DNA of 58,913 nt, filler included, from Rhizaria sp. SCN 62-66 (Eukaryota): assembly GCA_001724265.1 (NCBI GenBank). It is 5 parts of 5 records of this genome, joined end to end, with 100 filler letters (N's around TTAATTAATTAA, not from the genome) between each part and the next. Parts side by side here need not be neighbours in the genome. Positions count along the whole stretch, not along the records: positions 1 to 11,933 come from MEDY01000540.1; 4 more parts are not named here. One strand, given 5' to 3'. The translations under genes and the position numbers were made by a program. How positions within the stretch are numbered: position 1 is the first letter of the stretch; each line of letters starts with the position of its first letter. The notes beneath the pieces were generated by a model. That model was not told where the DNA came from and did not search any database. It worked only from the letters and a program-made list of their open reading frames with translations. Shown here in pieces: positions 1 to 10,645 of this stretch.

Positions 1-270
1 CCTTGCAGTTCGTTCTCTGACTGCGTTGAGAAAGCGAAATGAGTGAAGGAATCGCAAATACAATGGTGTCGCTTGGTGTTGTGAATGTCTGTCAAGTGAC
101 TGGCAGTGTGGAGATGCGAGTTCGATGAAACGGGGGAGGAATGGGCTGTGTTGCAAAGAAATATCAACACGTACCTGCAAACAGGCCTCACAGATGCGCG
201 CGGGACGCTTTCCTGGAAGGGCGCGGATAACCTTACCGCATAGCGCACAGCTGGATACTGCGCTCGCCAT
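1..270 (-). CDS. 5' part of a gene encoding an N-terminal CxxC...CxxC zinc-ribbon-like peptide (runs off the window start)
   Basis: Exon 270-175 reads MASAVSSCALCGKVIRALPGKRPARICEACLQ. A GTACGT...CAG intron spans 174-21, and the next exon continues SENELQ in frame. Confidence 0.55.
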   Translation of the reverse strand, partial: MASAVSSCALCGKVIRALPGKRPARICEACLQVRVDISLQHSPFLPRFIELASPHCQSLDRHSQHQATPLYLRFLHSFRFLNAVRERTAR

Positions 271-596
271 GCAGGACCTGCAGACGTTGATGTACAGTTG
301 AAAAAGTGATTTACGCAAACGGGATGAGGCGATTCATTGGATGCAAGAGTTGACGTAGAATAACCGACTGTTATTGGAAATCGACGGGAAATTTAGACTT
401 ATTTTGAGTATTGATGTTCATTATGACCAGTCTTGAGTCTATAGATATTAACTAGAGGCTGTACAAATCGACTTTGTGAAGGTCCGACGTGGCCCAGCCG
501 CCGACTCCCCAGTCATGTTGAAGAAGTGCCGGCAAGGCAGCAGCTGGACCGATAAAATAGCTGCCACTGAAGACGAGATGTGACCATACCAATACA

Positions 597-631
597 CTTG
601 TTCCAGTTTCGCCATAAGGGTATCTTTATTA
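597..631 (+). repeat. 3' end of the 5' LTR, followed by a PBS-like GGATATGAGC (632-641)
   Basis: cttgttccagtttcgccataagggtatctttatta matches 5337-5371 at 30/35 positions. The next bases resemble the GGTTATGAGC half-tRNAiMet primer site of copia elements. Confidence 0.7.
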
Positions 632-642
632 GGATATGAGCA

Positions 643-3600
643 TTGTACGGGACAGCATATCAGGGAATATGCTCATTTTACAAAAGATGCACTCACACCA
701 GCAAGGACCAACATTTCAGGAGGAGGGAGAAGGTCGAGACGTTGCTCCGTGACAACTTTGCGAGTAACCTCTACCTCGAGATCGGCCGGACAGCGCGCCG
801 CAACAACCGCGACGTCCGCGGCAATCTGGAGCCGCACCAATTCTGGACGGCAATATACGACCACGACCGCGTGCAAATGCGGCAGCACTCTAACAACGCA
901 CAAGCCCTGCTCGACGCATACAAGGCCGACGGCACGAAGTCGCTATACGCGCACACCAGCGGGCTTGTCGGTCTCGCACACACGTGCAAGATGACCGACG
1001 TCGTGCGCCTCATGAAGACCTACTACTATTCGTTCAACCGCGAGGTCCAGGTCGCTATGGTAGCCACTTACGGCCCACTGCGCAAGACCTACTGCCTCAC
1101 CAGCGACACGTACAGCTCCTACAACAACAAAATCGAGTTCCTCCGCGCGTCTATGCTCGCGAAACTAAAGAGCTCCCAGGATGAGCTCGACGAGTGACAG
1201 AACGACAGCAACAACTGCAACAACGACAACAACAGCGAGAGCGACGATGACGCCACCGATTCTGACCGCGACCGTAACAACGAAGACAACGCCGAGAGCG
1301 CGGAGCCGGGTGTCAGCAACACCGACTCACAGCACAACTGCACCATTCCCTCAATCCTGGGCATCCCCGATGAGGACGACTTCAAGTACTGCCCTGACTA
1401 CCGCCACCTTGAGACGTCAGTCGCGCTCACGACTGCAGGCATCGCCCAGCTCCACGAGGCCGCAGCGATGTGGCTAGACGGGCTCGGAGAGAACGTCGTC
1501 CCCGCAGTCGCAACGCCTGCAGCAAGGACCATCAGGGCGAACGTCGCACACAGCGAGCAGCAACGGCAAAGCGATAACTACGCGTCGAGCAACAACAACA
1601 GCATCAACGCCGACAGCAATGCCAACAACAACAGCGGCAACTCGGCACGCGGCAACGGCTGGGGCGGGTCTACGTGCGGCGGTTTGGGCCGCGGCGGCAA
1701 CAGGCCGCCATGTGGTCCCGTCATCTGCTTCCTCAGTAAGCAGGAGGGCCATCGCGTCTCAAGCTGCCCCGAGCTGGCAGTGCGTAACAAGGTCTGGGAG
1801 GAGCACCTGGCCAAACAGGTCCACGCCAAGTCAGCGCAAGCCCACGTGACCCACAACTAGAGCAGCAGCGACACGCGCTTCCTCCTCGACTCCTGCGCGT
1901 CACAGCACCACGTACCGCCGCGCGCTGAGAAGCACATGTACAATGTGCGCGCGACCGAGTAGTGCGTCGCCACCGTGGGCGGCACAGTCACCGCCACCGC
2001 TCAAAGACGTCGCCGTTCTCACCACGCTGCCAGACAACGAGGTCCTGCTCTTAGTCCGCCAACTACACAAGAGTGGCGTGCAAGCGGTCGTGAGCAACAG
2101 CGAGTCGTACATCGAGGTAAAGCGCGGCGACAACAGTGGCGTGCGCGCCGAGTGCGTCGACTTCGAGGGCATCGTCACTGTCCCTGGCTGCGAATTCAAG
2201 GGGCAGACCCAGCACGCCCTCGCCGTCACAGCCGCAACGGTCACGAGCAAGGCGTAGAACAACAACGCGGAGAAGAAAACCGATATGAACAACAATAAGA
2301 ACGAAGAGTCCCGCGAGAAAGTACGCAATGATAGCTTAATCCACACTCGCCTATGCCATGCACCACTGTCACGGATCAATGAAGCCACCCGTAGCAAGCG
2401 CCTCTGTCAAGGCGACTGCGACGCCAAGGTGGTACCGCGCTGCGAAGGTTGCCAATTCGGCAAACTTCGCGGTGAGTCGTTTCATCTCTCATCTTCTCCT
2501 CCCGCCTCCGCTCCTCCCGCTCTGATCCACACCGACGTTATAGGCCCCTTCGTTCCCGCAGCGCGCGGTCACCGCTTCGCAGTAATCTTTGCCGACGACG
2601 CGACCAAGATGAAGACGCTCTACACTATGAGCCGCAAGTCCCACGTCAAGCGCTGCTTCGCCTAGTTTGTCGCCAAAGCTGAGCGTCTTCACGGCTGCCA
2701 AGTCAAGATGGTTCGCCATGACCCAGGAGGTGAGTACACCGGCCGCTTCAGCCGTTTCTGCACTGAGCTCGGTATCCGGCAGCAGATCACCTGTGTTCAT
2801 ACACCGCAGCAGAACGGAGAGGCCGAGCGCTTCAACGGCACGCTCGTCAACCAGGTCCGCGCCCTGTGCCACGGTCAGGGCGTGCCCGACTTCCTCTGGC
2901 CCGAGATGATGCAGGCGACTGTGCGCGTGTACAACATGCTCCATGGGCCTGACACCGCGCAGTCCGAGGACAAGAGCTGTTGGGAGCTGTGGTACCAAGT
3001 CAAGCCTTCGTTGACTCCATTCCGGGTCTACGGCTGCGTCGCGAACGTGATGCGTAAATACAAGCGCAGTCACACCAAGCTCGAGTCCAAGTCGAACAAA
3101 GGCCTCCTGGTCGGCTCCGGCGATGACACCAAGGGCTGGCGCATTTGGGTTCCGGCCCGCAGCCACACAGTGTTTGTCACATCCAGCGCCGACGTCAAGT
3201 TTGACGAGAGCATCACGGGTGCGAAGCACGTTACGACCGTCGAGCGACTCAAGGAGATCCGCGGGCGACTGCAGAAGAAGGCTGACGACGTGAGTAAGCT
3301 GAACAAGAAGACGCAGGCGAGCGCGGCGAAGCGGGCGCAGAAGAGCAAACCGCCAAAGGAGCCGGTCCGGATTGCGCTTGACGTCGCCCCTCGTGATCGC
3401 GGGCACAAGCGCAAGCACGACGGCGGTGGTGACGACGATCAGCGCGAGAGCGACGAGGAGCAGGTGCAGGTTCAGGAGGTCAACAACAACAGCGACGACG
3501 GCGGCGATGACGACGGCGACGATGACAGCGGCAAGAGCGACCACGCCACCGATTCTGACGACGACAGTGACAACGATGACAACGAAGACGACATCGAGAA

Positions 3601-5351
3601 GAAGGTCGAGCGCGTCGAGAACGGGGTCGACAACCTAGCTGAGGCTATGGAAGTCGCAACGGTGGGCAAGATTGACAAGAGTACGTTAGCATCAGCGATC
3701 AAAAATGTGCTCATTAACGCTGGGAACACCAAGCATGACATGAGTAACAACAACCAGGTCTCTGACACCGTACCCATCGATGAGCGCGACGCTGTCCAAC
3801 CGCAGGAACCCCCCCGCGCAGGCCTTCGCCCGCGCGACGCACGGAAGCAACCTGACCACATTGTGTACGTAGCTCACAACAACACTAAGTCGCCCAAGTC
3901 TCTCTCCCATGCTGTTTTCTCTGCCGTCATCCAATCTCCCCAAGTCCTCGGCATTAGTCGTAAGCATGCCAATTGTGCCCAAAACGCAGTCCCAAGCACG
4001 CCGACACCATGACGCGCAACGGTGGGGCGATGTTGAGTGAACTGAGCTGAAGCAGTTTGCTGACTTTGACACGTACGAGCTCGCGTCTCGCCCCACGCAT
4101 GCACCCGTCATTGACACGGCCTGGATGTATACGTACAAGAAGGACAACAAGGGCATGATTACTCGCTGCCGCGCACGCTGAGTTGCACCCGGGTTTCAGC
4201 AGATTGCCGGCGTCAACTACTACGACACATTCGCGCCCGTGCTGCGCAACGAGTCACTGTGCATCGTGATAATCCACGCGGCCCTGCGCGGCTGGGTGAT
4301 TGATCAGACCGATTTTACTCCGGTTTTTCTCAACGTTGACTTGGAAGAGGAAGTGTGCGTCGAGCAGCCCCAGGGTTATCACGACGGCACTGGCCGCGTT
4401 TGGCGGCTCAAGAAGGCCATGTACGGTCTCAAGCAAGCACCGCGCGCGTGGAACAAGACACTCAACGCGCTCCTCGGCATCATCGGCTTTACACCCACAC
4501 TCAAGGACCCCTGTGTGGAGTGCGCCGCGACAGTAACGGCACCGAGACAGCGACGCTGAGCTGTTTCGTCGACAATCTGGTGGTCGCCGCGGCGACGCAG
4601 GCCGCGGTGGACGCGATCAAGACTCAACTCGCGGCCCGCTTCAAGACTTCCAACGGCGGCAGGCTCAACTTGCTCCTTGGCCGCCGCTTCGAGCAGCACA
4701 ACGGCGTCTGAACCATGTCGTTTGAGCCTGTCATCGACGACCTGCTGGCTGAGTGGGACATACGTGACGTCAACACCGCGCCGTCGCCAATGCAGCCGAA
4801 GACGAAGCTGCCCGTCACCGCGGTGGTCGCGGCGCAGCAGCGCAGCTCACCTGGCGGCGATGCAACGGCGACCAACACCGACGCCCACCGCGACTACGAG
4901 TACGGCATCAGCTACAACAACGACAGCGACGACAGCGACGACAACTACAAGCGCCTCACTGCTCAGCGTGGTCATTTGGTCCGCTACAGTCGCAAAGACA
5001 TTGCGTTCGTAGTCAGTTATCTCCAGCGCTTCGTTAACTGCCACGGTCCAGACCATTAGACTGCCGCAAAGCGCGATGTGCGCTACCTCAAGGGCACCAA
5101 GCACTCCCAGCTCCACCTGGGCGGCCGCTTAAACGGGAATGAGACCATTACAGCACTTTCAGACGCGGATTGGGTGGGCGACGTCGCTGACAAGCGGTCG
5201 ACGTCAAGCGCTGTGGTGCTCTGCTGTGGCAGCCCATTCAGCTGGTTCACACGCAAGCAGACTCTCAGAGTCCACCACTGAAGCTAAGTTCGTCGCGGCA
5301 GCTGAGGCGACCAAGGACGCACTCTGGGCGCAACAGCTTGTTCCAGTTTAG
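643..5351 (+). pseudogene. Disrupted copia gag-pol polyprotein
   Basis: In-frame stops TGA 1195, TAG 1858, 1960, 2255, 2663, TGA ~4179, ~4709 and TAG 5057, with frame changes near 2000, 4010-4050, 4510-4560, 4950 and 5265. RNase H is truncated at ~5337. Confidence 0.88.
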
Positions 5352-5371
5352 CTCTAAAGGTTTCTTTATTA
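5337..5371 (+). repeat. Remnant (last 35 bp) of the 3' LTR
   Basis: cttgttccagtttagctctaaaggtttctttatta is a direct repeat of 597-631, fused directly to RNase H coding sequence. Confidence 0.7.
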
Positions 5372-5573
5372 TGCTCTGATGCAGCCGGCGGGTTCCCATG
5401 ATGACGACTATAGTACTGTAATCCATAAGACTGAAAAACCTCTAAATGGGATAAGTCATGCGAATGTTACTGTAACATCTTGGCTGCCGAATAAATTTCC
5501 GAACAAGTTGTTTGTAAGAAATCACAGGTTACGCGAACAGTACTTGTGTTTAAATTTAAGAAGATGCAGATAA

Positions 5574-8333
5574 TCACCATGGCCAGGCGGTGTAAAACTC
5601 CCGAAACGTAGTGTTAAAATCAGAGCTGCAATTCTTTGCGTGACAACATGCCTCAAAGCATTTCAAGACATTATCATCGAAGAGCTTTTTTTTGTCCCGT
5701 TTGCCGATATGCTTCGGCTCTTCCTCGTCCTCCTCGCTGAAATCCGGCTCATCATCGTCCTTCTTGCACGCCGTAACGCGGCCGATGGGCACGGCGCCGC
5801 CTAGCAGACTCGCCGGACACGGCTTGTAGACGATGAACCACGGCGTGCACGAGGGCCTGACGGGGATGACTGAGGGGGGGTAGAATAGCACAGTGCCGAC
5901 AGGGTATGTCGTCAGCTCGCTGGATTCGCCGTAGACAATGTTGTTCTTGGGAAGTTGCAAAGGCACAGAAGCACGTGAAAGCGCCGAGCTCTCTGAGTAG
6001 AGTGTAATGAACGGCAGCGGCGCCGCCGCATGATGCGCGGGGGGCGCAAAGCACGTATGCAGCTTGCTGCCAATGACCGAGTCAATTGCTGAAATGCGAA
6101 AGTGCAAAACACTGCAAGGAGACAGATGCTCATGCGTCTCAATCATAATCCAGTACTCATCAGCCTCGTTAAGACGCAGTGCCATAATAAGGTCATTACG
6201 CCTGAACTGGGCAGTCAACCTCATCTTGGCGCTCACAAGAAGACTCTCGTTTGCCATTTTCTGCATCATCGCTAGAGTAACAGCTGACGGTTCGTTGGTC
6301 GCTTTAGTACCCTGCGTCCGCGCAGCGGCTGACGGCGCGCCTGTCGTCTTGGTCCCCCGTTTCGGCGCCACAACAGGCGGGTACTCGATGGATGATGATG
6401 CGGCGGCGTGGCGGCCGGACTTGACTCGCTGCGGGTAGCCGCTCTTCTCCAGGACGCGGGCAATGTGCGCGTCAAATGTCTTTTGCCAGTCTTTCTGCAG
6501 AGATGGTGCGTCAGACGACTTTGTTGTGGCTGTGCCAGGCGGGATTATGACCATACCCACAAGCAGCGTGTGCATCTGCGTAAGCTCCTGCAGCACTTCG
6601 CGACCTCCAGCAATGCTTGAGCAGTCACTATCGCGCAGCATCTCCAGCAATCGCACTCCGTGGTTTTGAACAAACTGTGTTACGAAAGAGTTCCGCGGCT
6701 CATCCTTGCTGTCAAGCGCTGCAAAGTCAGGTGAAGTGTCACGGGTTCTCATGATTACGCGCAGCACGCGCAGAAGAAGCGCGATAGGTAGAATACTCGG
6801 ATGGGATGTCTTTTGTAATCGCTCCCACCTTGCCACAACATAAGGTCGCAATAATGTGCAGCAAAGCGGCACAACGTTACTCTCTAGCAGCTGCTGCGCT
6901 GTGAGCATCACATCAGAGGCAGCGTTCAAAGTTCGATCTAACACAGTGGCAGTATTACAGAGCATTTCCCAATAATATTTAGAGTTGCAGTCGCTAAACT
7001 CGTCCTCAATTACAGACAGAATTTTCCCAAAACATGTTACAAAGGATATTCGCTGCGCAAACGTCGGGAATCGGGTTGCCAATTGCGCAGAAAGTTTCAT
7101 AAACATCGACATCTGACCGATCGAAGACGATGCCATCGTATCAAACTCAACAATAATGTCCTCAATACGCTGTTTTGTAAACATGCGTGTAAAGATTGCG
7201 TCGTCAAACAAAGGTAGATATTCGCACAAAGGTCGAAGATGTGTCGCGACGGACAGATCCGACAGCAGGGGCTCAAAATCCTCACTAGCCACAAAGTCCG
7301 CAAAGTCACGTCGGCATTGTTCGTCTATTGGGACGTTGCTATTTCCGCTATTGTTGTCGGATTGATCACTGTCGCCGCTGCCGTTGCCACAATCGTCGCC
7401 GCAGCTCTTGTCCTGGTCGTCGGTGTTGCTGTCGTCGTCATCATCGCTGTCACTGGCATCGTTGTTGAGACCAAATATGTCGAAATCATCATCACTGTCG
7501 ACATCGTTGCTGTCCGCGATGTAGCCGAATTTGTACACGCTGCGCAATGCGTCATATATAGCGACGTATTTGTATGATGATCGACGAGACTCACTGGGAA
7601 GTACATGACGTCGAATCACACTGCGCAGCAACGGGACAACGGTCGAGACGTTCGCGTACAAAATGCGGGGCGCATCAGAAGTGTAGATCATTTTTTTACT
7701 TGGAGAAAGAATATACCCGATCAATCCACCCAGAGAGAAGTAATAGTCGTCCTCTTCTTTGTTCTGTTCTTCCGTCTTCGACTGCTGCTAAGACTGGCGT
7801 TCTCGCTGCTCTTTAGCGCAAATATGCGCCTGCACTTGCGCCAGCACAGCAAGCCTGGTGGGCGTGGGGATGGTCGAATTGACTGAAAGAGAGTTTGCAA
7901 CATCGATCAGAGCAGTCAGCTCGCGGTCGGTCTGGAGATGGGGCATAACAGCGATCAGGCTCTCGAACGCACCGGAGTAACGAAGAAACTCTCGACCACC
8001 GTCGTGCCAGATCATAGCTTTAAACAGGGCCACAATAGTCAGAACTCGGGCAGTAGCCGCGCTGTTGTCTGTGCTACTTGAGTTGTTGTGAAGCACGAGG
8101 GACTGTAGAAGCAACGGAACGATCCCGCTCTCGCAGAGCACTGCTAAGTGCGACTCGTCACAATAGGCCTCTTTGAGCTCGGTGAGTGCGGCCAGGTCCG
8201 TGTCCAGAGCTGCAATGTGACCGATCGCAGTGTGAACTTGGAGAACAGCGCGATCCCTCCGCGTCATCCTTGGCTTGAGGCTCTGACTGCTCTTGTTACT
8301 GCTGCTGGAGTTCGTGTGACGTGATGAGCTCAT
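5574..8333 (-). CDS. ARM/HEAT-like helical protein (~919 codons) interrupted by one in-frame TAG at 7790-7788; possible cyclophilin-like C-terminal domain
   Basis: ORFs 8333-7788 and 7724-5574 are in the same frame and separated only by TAG (ERQS*QQSKTEEQNKEEDD). ARM-like segments include LCESGIVPLLLQSL and LLESNVVPLCCTLL. The gene ends in TGA. Confidence 0.55.
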
Positions 8334-8848
8334 CGTGCAGCTGGTTTCGTCAAACTCGTGCTGAAAAGAAGATTTCGTCGCGACTGCGTTTTGTTAACCA
8401 GTAAAAGGTTATTTTTCGCACACGCGACAAATTCTACGACTTTTGTTTCGCGTGTCTTTGTGTGCTGAATATTCGCGAAATCATAGGAGGTGACGAGATA
8501 AGATATTTTGGCGATGACGACATAACGAAAAAGGCGCATTTCATCGTGATATTCCGGTTTATCGACAAAATAAATTTGGTAATCACAGCTTCACAATCTA
8601 TTAAAGTGCGGATGACGCATTGAAACGTCTGATGGCTTAAAAAACGCATATATCTCATCATGGCAATTCGCCAAACAAGCTCAGCAAGACAACAAAAACT
8701 GCACCAGCCGACAGAGGACCATAGCTGAGAGTTAGAGCCAACATTCCCACCTCTTGTTGTGCTCTAAAGCCTCGCTCCAATCGAGGTATGTTACCGTCGA
8801 CATTCTGCATAAAATTCCAGCTGACAGCTTTTGCCGGTCGCGATTTAA

Positions 8849-9024
8849 AGGTGGCGTTTCTCGTGTATAACACTTCGTTTTCCTGTGAACACAGACTCTC
8901 TTTTTCTATGAAAACAATAAGAACCAAGTATATAATTCGAATTATATGTATGTAAATGATATCATAAATTGTTTTCTCTGTGTTTATACAAAACAGAAGT
9001 CTGTGTACACAAGAAACGCCACCT
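8849..9024. mobile_element. Tourist/PIF-Harbinger-like MITE (176 bp)
   Basis: TIRs are AGGTGGCGTTTCTcGTGTA and TACACaAGAAACGCCACCT, with TAA on both sides (8846-8848, 9025-9027). Imperfect inverted similarity extends ~60 bp inward and there is a central 18-bp perfect palindrome at 8930-8947. Confidence 0.72.
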
Positions 9025-9154
9025 TAATATGGCCGCGGGGAATTGATGTTTGGTGGTGTTTACCCCAGTGTGAGCCTGTGAGACTTGATGTTTTATGCAG
9101 AATGTCGGTTGTGACAAGGTACAACGTCTCGGGCAATACAATACAGCTTGAACG

Positions 9155-10645
9155 ATGACGATCTTGTTTAACTATGCCTCGTTTTACTCGGTGCTCGCAG
9201 ACTTGACGTCACTCGGAACATCACTTACCGGGATTCAACAGTTAAGGAGGCTCTACGCACGAGACGATGATATGGTAGCAGCCTGCCTGGAGCACGGCGT
9301 ATTTGACTGGCTTGTGCGCTCGCTGAAGTACTCAGCTGATGTTGAAGAGCTTGAGCGCACAAACGAAACTCTTTATTTCTTCGCGAACCTGACCTCCTCT
9401 GGCGCCTGCAAGGTCTTGCTGGAATGCGGCGTCACCGAGCAGTTTTGCGCCCTGTTCCACCTCGACCTGCCGGACGAGACCTTCGAGATCCTGCTCGTGG
9501 TTCTGAGTCGCATCGTCCGCACCGGCCGCGAGGCTGTCTTCTCGCTTGTCGACCGCGGCGTGTTCGCCCATTTCTGCCGCTGCACGGCAAAGGTTTACGC
9601 ACGCTTCGACACCGTGAAGCCCAGCGTGTTAGAGCTCCTCGGTGGCACAATGTGCAGCTTCCTTTCCGTGTACCCGCCGCTGCCATTCCGCGTCGCGAGG
9701 GCGGCGATTCCGCCGCTCTTTTTTGCGCTGCGCCACTTCACGTCGATCGCAACTCTCGCTGAAGTGGTACAAGAGACGCTCGAAACGCTGCCCTACGTCT
9801 TCCGCGAAAACAGCGAGGGTGTGAGCTTGGATTCTCTCCTTGCCAGCGACGACGTCAGCGATGACGTCGACAAGGACGCAGGCAATGACGCTGGAGCGGG
9901 CGCTGACGAGGGCATTCGTCGTGATGGCACTAGTGATAGTTCCAACATCTTTGCGCTCGTGCTCACGCAGCTGCATGCGGGGCCGCGGAGGCGCGCCCCC
10001 GCGCTGCGCCTGCTCAACTGTGTCTCCGCGCTCGCCGGCGACGCACCCGCGCGCGTCTTCACGCCGCCCGCGCTGGTGCACCTGCAGCGGCTCGCCGAGG
10101 CACTGGGGCCGGATGAGGCGAGCGGACTCCACGATCTGCTAGTGACGCTGTCGCCCATGCTGGCTTGTGGCCCCGCGATGGTGTCGCGCGTGCTCGCGGC
10201 CGACGTGCTGCAGACGGTCATCCGCCGCGTGCGGGCGCCGCAGCGCGACAACGGCGTTGCATCGAACGCATGGGGCGTCGCGCGAGACTTGGTCTGTGTG
10301 ATACTCAGCTTGCTACGAAAAGTGGCTGCTAGGAATGGCGATCTTGAGGCTGTGCCACGGACGCTTCTCGACGCGGGCGCACTGCGCTATTCCGCGCAGG
10401 CACTGTCTGCTGCAACTGGGCTGTCTGAGCCGCCCCCTTTTAAACTGCTCAACCTGATATTCGAGGCCGTGTCGCTCTTTGTGAGGTTCGGGGACACTGC
10501 GGCGAGTCCCGCACTGGTGGCCGAAGGCGCCGCGCCGCGCAACGCGTTCCTGGCGGCGTTCCTCGCGGCGGGCGGCGGCAGCGCGCTGGCGATGTTGATG
10601 CAGAATGAGCAGGTGTGCGCTGCTGCGGTGGACGAGGCCGCGTAG
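9155..10645 (+). CDS. Divergent ARM-repeat (importin-alpha-like fold) protein; may extend to TGA 10733-10735 if TAG is read through
   Basis: 496-aa intronless ORF with repeated helical ARM-like motifs (CLEHGVFDWLV, LLECGVTEQF, LVDRGVFAHF, LLDAGAL). Confidence 0.6.
   Translation: MTILFNYASFYSVLADLTSLGTSLTGIQQLRRLYARDDDMVAACLEHGVFDWLVRSLKYSADVEELERTNETLYFFANLTSSGACKVLLECGVTEQFCALFHLDLPDETFEILLVVLSRIVRTGREAVFSLVDRGVFAHFCRCTAKVYARFDTVKPSVLELLGGTMCSFLSVYPPLPFRVARAAIPPLFFALRHFTSIATLAEVVQETLETLPYVFRENSEGVSLDSLLASDDVSDDVDKDAGNDAGAGADEGIRRDGTSDSSNIFALVLTQLHAGPRRRAPALRLLNCVSALAGDAPARVFTPPALVHLQRLAEALGPDEASGLHDLLVTLSPMLACGPAMVSRVLAADVLQTVIRRVRAPQRDNGVASNAWGVARDLVCVILSLLRKVAARNGDLEAVPRTLLDAGALRYSAQALSAATGLSEPPPFKLLNLIFEAVSLFVRFGDTAASPALVAEGAAPRNAFLAAFLAAGGGSALAMLMQNEQVCAAAVDEAA

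Larger units (their letters stand above)
597..5371 (+). mobile_element. Degenerate Ty1/copia LTR retrotransposon (gag-protease-integrase-RT-RNase H); the 5' LTR extends further left, start undefined
   Basis: Copia domain order: degenerate knuckle CFLSKQEGHRVSSC, protease FLLDSCASQH (~1879), pre-integrase HTRLCH..CEGC, integrase LIHTDVIGP/HDPGGEY/TPQQNGEAERFN, RT (YYDTFAPV, LKKAMYGLKQAPRAW, FVDN), RNase H (SDADW, STTEAKFVA). There are several stops and frameshifts. A 35-bp direct repeat lies at 597-631 and 5337-5371. Confidence 0.93.

Noticed and set aside
1858-1860. TAG at the gag/protease junction as programmed gag-pol readthrough
   Set aside because: The position is suggestive, but four other TAGs and several frameshifts occur in the same element, so it cannot be singled out.
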